From positions 576,001 through 640,000 of the forward strand of contig OZ241362.1 in NCBI GenBank assembly GCA_965200315.1: a DNA stretch of 64,000 nt, read 5' to 3'. Shown in pieces: positions 19,701 to 29,616 of this stretch. A program made the translations under genes and the position numbers. Under the pieces are notes generated by a model. It was not told where the DNA came from, searched no databases, and was given only the letters and a program-made list of their open reading frames with translations. Source of the stretch: Candidatus Latescibacterota bacterium (GTDB lineage Bacteria; Latescibacterota; UBA2968; UBA8231). Position 1 is the first letter of the stretch. Each line of letters begins with the position of its first letter.

Positions 19701-22700
19701 GCTTCTCGAAGACCTCCCGCGATGCTCTGCGGCGATGGTGTGAAATGTTGCCCCGATTTCTAGGGGATTGAAACATTGGGCAGTACGAAAGTTGTCATAC
19801 GATTCTCCTTGCCCGTGTGAAATGTTGCCCCGATTTCTAGGGGATTGAAACGGACGAGGGACGTGCGGGCGGTTAGGAGTTTCATTTTCAATGTGTGAAA
19901 TGTTGCCCCGATTTCTAGGGGATTGAAACACAGACGACGGCGACCAAGTGAATCGGCAGGGTGCCGATCAGTGTGAAATGTTGCCCCGATTTCTAGGGGA
20001 TTGAAACTGCAATCTCCTCTAGTGCGGCCGTTATGGCCTCCGAGAGAGTGTGAAATGTTGCCCCGATTTCTAGGGGATTGAAACCCGCGCCAGCTTGTAC
20101 TTATACGTCATCATTGCGCGGCGGTGTGAAATGTTGCCCCGATTTCTAGGGGATTGAAACTTCCATTCTCCTTTTTTACGGTGCATGCCTTGACAAACCA
20201 GTGTGAAATGTTGCCCCGATTTCTAGGGGATTGAAACCCTTTCCCCCCAAAACGCACACGGCGCACGGCCGCTAAGTGTGAAATGTTGCCCCGATTTCTA
20301 GGGGATTGAAACCTCCTTGCCCCGTTAGGGGCTCTCTATGGAGTGAATACAAGTGTGAAATGTTGCCCCGATTTCTAGGGGATTGAAACTCGTCATCTTT
20401 CTCTTTCTCCTTCTCCTTTCTTTCTTGTGTGAAATGTTGCCCCGATTTCTAGGGGATTGAAACCTCCGCCTTATGGATTTGATGGCGGCGGCGGTCGGCC
20501 TCGTGTGAAATGTTGCCCCGATTTCTAGGGGATTGAAACTTGGGGGACAGCCGGACGGCGTTGTCGTACTCCTCAACGGGTGTGAAATGTTGCCCCGATT
20601 TCTAGGGGATTGAAACACGGTTTCGCGGACGGACTGGGACTGCTGGGTGCTGCTGGGTGTGAAATGTTGCCCCGATTTCTAGGGGATTGAAACGGGGCGA
20701 GCCCCCAGTTCCCGCAGAATATTGTCCACCATCCGTGTGAAATGTTGCCCCGATTTCTAGGGGATTGAAACGATGGCACGGGTTGAACTGGTGCTGCTGG
20801 ACTGCATGCTGCGTGTGAAATGTTGCCCCGATTTCTAGGGGATTGAAACCATGTGAAGAAGTAATAGCCTTCGGGGCGTGCTGCCCCGTGTGTGAAATGT
20901 TGCCCCGATTTCTAGGGGATTGAAACCTGCCGCGCCCCTTCATGGCTAAGGTCGCGGGGGGCTATGTGTGAAATGTTGCCCCGATTTCTAGGGGATTGAA
21001 ACCCAGGCCCGCGCGCCAACACTGTGCTCCTCTACATCTACGTGTGAAATGTTGCCCCGATTTCTAGGGGATTGAAACGCGAGACTGCTGGGTGCGGGGG
21101 TACTGGAACGTGGTCATGTGTGAAATGTTGCCCCGATTTCTAGGGGATTGAAACCGGCGGCGGCCTTCTGCCTCAGCCCAGGCGCGCAGCCCCCGTGTGA
21201 AATGTTGCCCCGATTTCTAGGGGATTGAAACCAACTTCGGCCATTCGGCCGCCTGAAAATATAGTTCAAGTGTGAAATGTTGCCCCGATTTCTAGGGGAT
21301 TGAAACGGCGGGAGGGGTGGGGCGGGGGGCTATGCGCGGCCGGCGGGTGTGAAATGTTGCCCCGATTTCTAGGGGATTGAAACATGCTTTTCTCCTTCTT
21401 TGGGGGTGAAAAAAACTGGTTTCGGTGTGAAATGTTGCCCCGATTTCTAGGGGATTGAAACTTGTGCAATACTTTTTTTCTCTTATTCCCCACTTTTCAC
21501 GTGTGAAATGTTGCCCCGATTTCTAGGGGATTGAAACATCCCGATGCGGGCGAAGCGCGTAAGGGTCTCGATGGTCTCGGTGTGAAATGTTGCCCCGATT
21601 TCTAGGGGATTGAAACTCATGGGTGGCCTCCTTGAGCTGGGCGAGTAGCTCCGGAGAGTGTGAAATGTTGCCCCGATTTCTAGGGGATTGAAACCCGCGA
21701 CATTCTCATCGCGGGCGGCATCGAGCCGCTCTTCGTGTGAAATGTTGCCCCGATTTCTAGGGGATTGAAACACCTCCCCAAGGATGAGCGTAAGGTGCAG
21801 GTACAGCGCTGTGTGAAATGTTGCCCCGATTTCTAGGGGATTGAAACAAGCTAGAGCGTTTTTTCGATAGTTCGTCGGGCACCTCCGGTGTGAAATGTTG
21901 CCCCGATTTCTAGGGGATTGAAACTATTTCTGCTGGCTTCAAGCTCGGCGTGGGCTGAGCCGCCCTGTGCGGCCTACGTGTGAAATGTTGCCCCGATTTC
22001 TAGGGGATTGAAACAGATCTACGGTTGCGCGGATGCGCGCATCGCGCTCCGCAGGTGTGAAATGTTGCCCCGATTTCTAGGGGATTGAAACGTCGTGCCC
22101 AGGACGTGGGAGGCTAACCGCTTTCGCGGCGTGTGAAATGTTGCCCCGATTTCTAGGGGATTGAAACGGAGTCGGAGTCGTAGCGGGACCAGTCCCTTAT
22201 GAGGACAGGTGTGAAATGTTGCCCCGATTTCTAGGGGATTGAAACCTGACCGACGCGGTGAAGTGCGACGTCACCTTGTCGATGTGTGAAATGTTGCCCC
22301 GATTTCTAGGGGATTGAAACACGTAGACTACCGTCGCCTTCTCCTCGCCGTCCGCCGACTCCGGTGTGAAATGTTGCCCCGATTTCTAGGGGATTGAAAC
22401 GTGGCGCGACACGAAGATATTCATTTCAATCTCCTTGGGAGTGTGAAATGTTGCCCCGATTTCTAGGGGATTGAAACGTGCTGCGAGACTGCGACTGCTG
22501 ATTGGGGTACTGAAAAGGTGTGAAATGTTGCCCCGATTTCTAGGGGATTGAAACTCAGTAACCTCTGGCGGCGCGAACTTCGGCGTCGCGCATGTGTGAA
22601 ATGTTGCCCCGATTTCTAGGGGATTGAAACAGGATTAGGTGGGTGTGGGGGGCTAACCCCACGGATTTGGAGAGTGTGAAATGTTGCCCCGATTTCTAGG

Positions 22701-25316
22701 GGATTGAAACCGCGTCCCCGGAGGGGTTTTAACGTGCAATTCCCAACCGTGTGAAATGTTGCCCCGATTTCTAGGGGATTGAAACTGCTGCTGGTTTGGC
22801 AGTACGAAAGTTGTCATGCGAGTGTGTGAAATGTTGCCCCGATTTCTAGGGGATTGAAACATCTTGTAGGTGGTCATAGTTCAATCCTCTCGGTTGGCGA
22901 GGTGTGAAATGTTGCCCCGATTTCTAGGGGATTGAAACGGAAATACAACTCTACTTCTACTTTCTTCATCTTCATGAGTGTGAAATGTTGCCCCGATTTC
23001 TAGGGGATTGAAACCATAGACATCGACGCGGTAGACCGCGACACCAACTTCAGTGTGAAATGTTGCCCCGATTTCTAGGGGATTGAAACTCTGCGAGAGA
23101 CTCGCGGAGCTCGTTTTCGCCCATGCCGAGTGTGAAATGTTGCCCCGATTTCTAGGGGATTGAAACGGGGATGCCGTTTGTCTCCAATTCGGCGCGGGCG
23201 CGGGTGTGAAATGTTGCCCCGATTTCTAGGGGATTGAAACACGGGTTGCGTGCGCGTGCCCACTACCTCGTACTAGGAGGTGTGAAATGTTGCCCCGATT
23301 TCTAGGGGATTGAAACACGCCGGTTGGCCGAGCCGGGGGCCTTGCCAGTGCGGCCGGGTGTGAAATGTTGCCCCGATTTCTAGGGGATTGAAACGAAAGG
23401 ATGCGCATGAGTGTTCGGGGGCCGGGCGTCATCGTGTGAAATGTTGCCCCGATTTCTAGGGGATTGAAACGGACCGGCGCGTGCGGGTTAGTGGGCGCTG
23501 CGCATGATCTCGTGTGAAATGTTGCCCCGATTTCTAGGGGATTGAAACGTGAATAACCACGCCTCCCTCTTCGGGGGCGGCGGCCTTGGGTGTGAAATGT
23601 TGCCCCGATTTCTAGGGGATTGAAACGCTACTGCGCTGTCGACCAATCCGAAGATGCGCGAAGGCGTGTGAAATGTTGCCCCGATTTCTAGGGGATTGAA
23701 ACACCAGTCATGTAGAGATGGCACGGAGTACTTCCCGTGAGGGTGTGAAATGTTGCCCCGATTTCTAGGGGATTGAAACTCTGCGAGAGACTCGCGGAGC
23801 TCGTTTTCGCCCATGCCGAGTGTGAAATGTTGCCCCGATTTCTAGGGGATTGAAACGGGGATGCCGTTTGTCTCCAATTCGGCGCGGGCGCGGGTGTGAA
23901 ATGTTGCCCCGATTTCTAGGGGATTGAAACACGGGTTGCGTGCGCGTGCCCACTACCTCGTACTAGGAGGTGTGAAATGTTGCCCCGATTTCTAGGGGAT
24001 TGAAACACGCCGGTTGGCCGAGCCGGGGGCCTTGCCAGTGCGGCCGGGTGTGAAATGTTGCCCCGATTTCTAGGGGATTGAAACGAAAGGATGCGCATGA
24101 GTGTTCGGGGGCCGGGCGTCATCGTGTGAAATGTTGCCCCGATTTCTAGGGGATTGAAACGGACCGGCGCGTGCGGGTTAGTGGGCGCTGCGCATGATCT
24201 CGTGTGAAATGTTGCCCCGATTTCTAGGGGATTGAAACGTGAATAACCACGCCTCCCTCTTCGGGGGCGGCGGCCTTGGGTGTGAAATGTTGCCCCGATT
24301 TCTAGGGGATTGAAACGCTACTGCGCTGTCGACCAATCCGAAGATGCGCGAAGGCGTGTGAAATGTTGCCCCGATTTCTAGGGGATTGAAACACCAGTCA
24401 TGTAGAGATGGCACGGAGTACTTCCCGTGAGGGTGTGAAATGTTGCCCCGATTTCTAGGGGATTGAAACGCGAGCTTCTCCGCCGCGGCGCGTTTCACGC
24501 CGGCCGCGGTGTGAAATGTTGCCCCGATTTCTAGGGGATTGAAACCGGCCGTGCTCGCTGGCGTCATACTGAAAGGATGCGCATGAGTGTGAAATGTTGC
24601 CCCGATTTCTAGGGGATTGAAACTAGTTCTCCCGGGGCTCGCTACGGGGCCATACAAAAACGGTGTGAAATGTTGCCCCGATTTCTAGGGGATTGAAACT
24701 CGGTGCGCTGCTCGGTGGTGCGGGTTTCTTTTTTAGCAGGTGTGAAATGTTGCCCCGATTTCTAGGGGATTGAAACCTGCTGCGCCCGCCGGTGGCGCCG
24801 CAGAGCAGCCCCCGGTGTAAAATGTTGCCCCGATTTCTAGGGGATTGAAACCGGACTATCCGGCGTCAAAAAGGCAACTAGAAGCTACAGTGTGAAATGT
24901 TGCCCCGATTTCGAGGGGATTGAAACAGTTTCCCCCCCCTCGAAGACGTGGTAATGAGCTAGGGGCTGTGTGAAATGTTGCCCCGATTTCTAGGGGATTG
25001 AAACGGCACTGTAGTGCTCGAAGGCTAGTTGGTGGCGGATGGCGTGTGAAATGTTGCCCCGATTTCTAGGGGATTGAAACTGCCAGCGCAAACAACGCGC
25101 TGGGGTGAAATGCAACTGCGTGTGAAATGTTGCCCCGATTTCTAGGGGATTGAAACCCATGCGCTGGGCCTCGTCGTAGACGATGAACGGGTAGGTGGTG
25201 TGAAATGTTGCCCCGATTTCTAGGGGATTGAAACCCTGGTAAGCGGTAAGGCTATCACACACTCGCTACTATTTAACCAGTATAAAATGTTACCCCCATT
25301 ATCAGGGAATCGACAC
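16785..25316 (+). CRISPR. CRISPR array, ~111 repeats / ~110 spacers (~91 unique)
   Basis: 37-nt repeat GTGTGAAATGTTGCCCCGATTTCTAGGGGATTGAAAC with CCCC/GGGG stem and ATTGAAAC 3' tag; spacers mostly 37-44 nt; degenerate last repeat at 25280-25316. Confidence 0.99.
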
Positions 25317-25356
25317 AAAAAAGGTCGGAAGCATAGATGACGCTCCGACCTTTTTT
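25317..25356 (+). terminator. Intrinsic terminator after the array
   Basis: AAAAAAAGGTCGGA...TCCGACCTTTTTT. Confidence 0.85.
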
Positions 25357-25519
25357 ATTTATAAAGTTGCGTCCACCGCCTGCTTGACGCTCTAAAAACA
25401 AAGGCATTATTTAGCGGCTGGGCGATCAGACTGAAGCTCTTTTGCTATGGATTGGCGCGAGCACCTCGACTACCCCCGGGTGCGCGGGCGTCTCGCCCGC
25501 TTTGCGTGTCACTTTTACT

Positions 25520-26347
25520 ATGGATTGGCGCGAGCACCTCGACTACCTACTCTCTTGCGTTCAGATACAGGCGCGGCTGTTGCTGCTAGACACGCCTCTA
25601 GTTGAAGCGACCACGCCCATGTTGCGGGGCGTCTGGGGGCGGGCACTGCGGCATTTGGACGAGGAGGCGTATCAGCAGGTGTTCGCAGGCGACATGCTGG
25701 GGCATCGGCGCGTCCCCCGCTACATCCTGAGGCCAGCACCCCCCGACCCAGCGACTGCACCGGCCATCGAATGGCTCTTGCTCGGAGTCCACGAAAATTT
25801 AGAAGAAGTATTGTGGCGGGCTTGGGACGTGGCCAGCGGCATGGGGCTGGGGCCTGAGCGCACACCCTTTCGCGTACGCGAATGGCGACCGCTGGGCGCG
25901 GATAAATGGGACTTATCCACTGCAACCTGGCCCCTGCCCGGCGACCCCGCCACTACGCCGTGCCGCCTGCATTTCCCTACATCCCTGCGACTGCTCCGGG
26001 GCGGCAAACTGCTTTCCACCCCAAACTTAGAGGATGTGGCGACAGCTACCACACGCCGCATCGCCACGCTAGCCGGCACAACCAGCGGAGAAACCTATCG
26101 AGATTTAATCCGAAATATCGGTCAGGTGGCCGCCGGGCTAGCGGGTGCTCCGTGGCGCGGGCGGCGGTTCGACTTTGTGCGCTGGTCCGGTGCCCAACAG
26201 CGCGAGCTAAACATGCGCGGCGTGACCGGCGACTTAGCCCTGCCCACAGGGCCCGGCCCACTCTGGCCGCTATTGGCCGCCGCTTGCTGGACCCATATTG
26301 GCAAAGGCACGGTCTTTGGGCTAGGCCAATTGCACATCACACCGTAA
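25520..26347 (+). CDS. cas6: Cas6 crRNA-processing endoribonuclease
   Basis: MLRGVWG, FPTSLRL, C-terminal G-rich loop HIGKGTVFGLG. Confidence 0.9.
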   Translation: MDWREHLDYLLSCVQIQARLLLLDTPLVEATTPMLRGVWGRALRHLDEEAYQQVFAGDMLGHRRVPRYILRPAPPDPATAPAIEWLLLGVHENLEEVLWRAWDVASGMGLGPERTPFRVREWRPLGADKWDLSTATWPLPGDPATTPCRLHFPTSLRLLRGGKLLSTPNLEDVATATTRRIATLAGTTSGETYRDLIRNIGQVAAGLAGAPWRGRRFDFVRWSGAQQRELNMRGVTGDLALPTGPGPLWPLLAAACWTHIGKGTVFGLGQLHITP

Positions 26348-26356
26348 CCGCCCGTC

Positions 26357-27646
26357 TCATGCCGCCTCCACCTCGACCCAAAGTTCCTCTACCCCGCGTA
26401 TCGTAATGCGCTTCATGCGCTTGGGCTCGCGCGCCAAGCGAATCGACCGAAACCGCCGCAGCAGGGCTCCGAACGCGATGCGGCCCTGCATTTCCGCCAA
26501 CGGCGCACCCAAGCAGTAGTGAATGCCGCGCCCAAATGAGAGATGGCTCTTGGCTTTGCGGCCAATGTCTAGCACGTCTGGGTTCTCAAAGACTTCCGGG
26601 TCGCGGTTCACCGCGCCGAGCAACGAAAGGACCATTTGCCCGGCGCGAATTTGCTTGCCGCCAATCTCCATATCTTCGAGCACCACCCGCCCGTCGATCT
26701 GGACCGGCGAATCGTAGCGCAGCAGTTCCTTGACGGCTGAATCCATCAAGTCTGGGTTGTCCCGCAGGCGTTGCAGTTGATCTGGGTTTGAAAGCAGCGC
26801 CAACATGCCATTGCTTATCATGTTCTGCGTCGTTTCGTTCCCGGCAATCAACAGCAGCATCAGCGTATGGATGAGTTCTTGGTGCGTGAGCTTGCTGCCT
26901 TCCTCTTCGGCGGCTAGCAGCAGGCTGATCAGGTCGTCCTGCGGCTGCCGACGCCGCACGGCGATGATGCCCTCAAAGTATTCGGTCAGCTCTTCTGCGG
27001 CACACCGCACGCGCTCGACTTCATCTTGCCTCACAAACGGCTCAATGGTGAGCGCGATTTCGTTGGACCAGACCTTGAAGCGATCCATGTCTTTGGGCGG
27101 AATACCCATCATGCCCGCGATGATTGTGACCGGCAAAGGGTACGACAAGGTGGAGACCAGATCGAAGCAGGGCTGGCCGGCGACCACGTCGAGGAAATGT
27201 TCGGTCGTCTGTTCAATTGCGGAGTAGCGCTTTCCAATGGCGCGCGGAGTAAACGCCTGCGAGACGAGTGCCCGCAGGCGCGTGTGGTCGGGCGGATCTT
27301 GATGTATCAGGCTGACGAGGCCCGTCTGGTCGCGGGCTTCATTGGGGACGCGATTTGAGAAGCGGACTTGGTCCCGCAAAACCGCGTCGCAATCTTTGTA
27401 GCGCGTCAAGGCCCATCCGTTCATCAGCCGCATTCGATGCACGGGATCTTTCTGCCGCATTTGGGCGTACGTTGGATACGGATCCGCCATGACCTCGGCC
27501 GAGCCGGGATGGTAGGCAACGCCCGATTCGAGACGCTCCCACGTGAGCAGGGCCTTGATCGCTAGCGGCTCTATGGCCTTGCGCGCCAACTCGGCGAGAT
27601 GGTTGGTCGAACTGCTTTTAGGCACGCGATGTAATCCTCCTATCAA
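26357..27646 (-). CDS. Cytochrome P450
   Basis: AGNETT I-helix, ELLR, heme motif [10 protein letters not shown]; start uncertain. Confidence 0.93.
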   Translation of the reverse strand: MIGGLHRVPKSSSTNHLAELARKAIEPLAIKALLTWERLESGVAYHPGSAEVMADPYPTYAQMRQKDPVHRMRLMNGWALTRYKDCDAVLRDQVRFSNRVPNEARDQTGLVSLIHQDPPDHTRLRALVSQAFTPRAIGKRYSAIEQTTEHFLDVVAGQPCFDLVSTLSYPLPVTIIAGMMGIPPKDMDRFKVWSNEIALTIEPFVRQDEVERVRCAAEELTEYFEGIIAVRRRQPQDDLISLLLAAEEEGSKLTHQELIHTLMLLLIAGNETTQNMISNGMLALLSNPDQLQRLRDNPDLMDSAVKELLRYDSPVQIDGRVVLEDMEIGGKQIRAGQMVLSLLGAVNRDPEVFENPDVLDIGRKAKSHLSFGRGIHYCLGAPLAEMQGRIAFGALLRRFRSIRLAREPKRMKRITIRGVEELWVEVEAA

Positions 27647-27709
27647 CTGTCGATTGAGTCAAAATGGACAATTCGGCCCCGTTTATCAAGAAAAACAAAA
27701 TCAGGGCCA

Positions 27710-28142
27710 GCAGCGGCTCGGGATACGCGCCGCCTCAATCGACTCGTCCAATCGCGAGGGCTGGGACGACACCATCAAGGACGTGATTAACGATCAGATT
27801 GACGCCTTGCTGATAACGCCCGAACGGCTCGCTAACGACGACTTTCGCCAGAACACGTTGACGAAAATCGCAAATCATATCGGCCTGTTGGTTGTGGACG
27901 AGGCGCATTGCATCTCCGACTGGGGCCATGACTTGCGGCCTGATTACCGGCGTCTGACCAACGTTTCGCACGACGCTTGGCAGCTAAGCTCCAGCTTCCG
28001 TTCCGCGTACAGCCCCAGTTCGACACTTGGATGAAGCAGGCTATCGAGCAAGGAGTGGTCATCAAGAAGTTGCGGCCGGTGCGTTTTGAACTGCCCGAGC
28101 ACACTAGTTTGAAGGAGGAACAGTTGTTCTTTCCCGATCTGA
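27710..28142 (+). pseudogene. Collapsed RecQ helicase fragment joined to other gene remnants
   Basis: [32 protein letters not shown], then [13 protein letters not shown] and [13 protein letters not shown] in another frame. Confidence 0.7.
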
Positions 28143-28245
28143 CTTGAACTCCCGTCGGACCGCTTGGCGGCGCGGGCGAGACGCCCTCGATCCCAGCGGT
28201 TAGAGAGACCCAACCCGGAGTTTTAAGAACGCTTCTGAATTCGCG

Positions 28246-29469
28246 CTACCGTCTTGGGATTTGCCAGTAGGTCAGCACCCGCCAACTCCATTCCAACGGG
28301 CCGTACCGGAAACGCCTCAGCAACAGCGGCGACCACCAGAGCTGGATGCCCCACACGGCGATGACAATGATGGCCTGTTGCCAGCGGTCAACGCGCCCGA
28401 ATAACCCAAATCCATGCCCATAAAAAATAGTCGTGCAGATCAGCGTCTGTGTGATGTAATTGGTAAACGCCATCCGACCCGCAGCGGCCAAGCGCATCTG
28501 TAACCCCAAAAACCAGCCGCGTCGAATCGCCAGCATAGCGAGGCCAACGTATCCAAATGCCATAGTAAGGCTACCCCAATAGCTGAATTGCGACCCCAGA
28601 AACATCGAGCGATCCCAGCTCCATCCGACCGCAAAATTCCACCATGCACCCACAGCAACAACCGGCACGCCAACACCAAACCCGACGAGCGCGAGATAGC
28701 AATAGAATACATCGCTTCGGACCGCGTTCAGGATCTGCCAGCGGTAGAGGGCCATACCCATCAGCATGATGCCCGCGGATTGCCAGAAAAGTCTGATTGG
28801 CAGGGCCGTCGTATGCATTTCCAGCGCATCGGTGCTCCGCTGCGCCTGCTGTGCGAACCATCCGCCGCGGTAAGCGAGCAACTCCGCATCAATTTGGGCC
28901 GCGTCCGGTGCCCAAAGCGCTACGATTTCCGCCACGCTTTTATCGGGGATAAACCCTGTCGTCATGCCTATTGCGATGTAGAGAGCACTCGTCCCGGAAA
29001 AGAACGCGAGGCCGCTGACCATCAGCGTACGCGGCGAGCGGTTCCAGAAAAAAAAGAGGATAGCACCGCAAAGCGCGTAAATGACCAATATATCGCCCGA
29101 CCACAGGAAATAGGCATGTACAAGGCCGAAGAGGAGCAGCCAGAACATGCGCCGGTAGTGCAAGCCGGCAGAGCGACCGCTGCGAGCCTCTACGCGATTG
29201 GTAAACAAGCAGATGCCGGCACCAAAAAGAAGCGCGAACATCGACAAAAACTTCTGGTCAACGAACAGGTAGCTAACCAGCCAAGTAAAAAAGTTGATAC
29301 CGCTGAGATCGCCGTATGCCGTGGGGTTAGAGTACGCGGCCATAGGCATTGCAAACGCCTGGATGTTCATGACCAGTATCCCAAGCACAGCAAAGCCGCG
29401 TAGCACATCCAAGCTGGCGATGCGATCTGGGGCCTCAACTGGACTATTTAGAGCGCGTTTGTTGTTCAT
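28246..29469 (-). CDS. DUF418/YeiB-like multi-pass membrane protein
   Basis: LDVLRGFAVLGIL, GRMAFTNYI, GPLEW. Confidence 0.88.
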   Translation of the reverse strand: MNNKRALNSPVEAPDRIASLDVLRGFAVLGILVMNIQAFAMPMAAYSNPTAYGDLSGINFFTWLVSYLFVDQKFLSMFALLFGAGICLFTNRVEARSGRSAGLHYRRMFWLLLFGLVHAYFLWSGDILVIYALCGAILFFFWNRSPRTLMVSGLAFFSGTSALYIAIGMTTGFIPDKSVAEIVALWAPDAAQIDAELLAYRGGWFAQQAQRSTDALEMHTTALPIRLFWQSAGIMLMGMALYRWQILNAVRSDVFYCYLALVGFGVGVPVVAVGAWWNFAVGWSWDRSMFLGSQFSYWGSLTMAFGYVGLAMLAIRRGWFLGLQMRLAAAGRMAFTNYITQTLICTTIFYGHGFGLFGRVDRWQQAIIVIAVWGIQLWWSPLLLRRFRYGPLEWSWRVLTYWQIPRR

Positions 29470-29616
29470 ATCATCCTCTTTGAATCGTGTAGAGAGGGCA
29501 TGTGCAAGGATCAAAAACAAAAGGGCGGTCATCTCGATGAGCTAAGATGACCACCCTCGCGTTAGTGCAGCATCAAATCCTGAGCAACCAAGGCGCGGAT
29601 AAGCATTCCTCGCCTC

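Noticed and set aside
16731-25262. Many minus-strand ORFs with FQSPRNRGNISH / FNPLEIGATFHT repeats
   Set aside because: Translations of the CRISPR repeat, not genes
16785-25316. Self-targeting spacers
   Set aside because: No spacer match to the rest of the window seen by eye; needs a proper alignment
26357-27646. Cytochrome P450 as a CRISPR ancillary gene
   Set aside because: Convergent orientation, ordinary P450, no sensor domain
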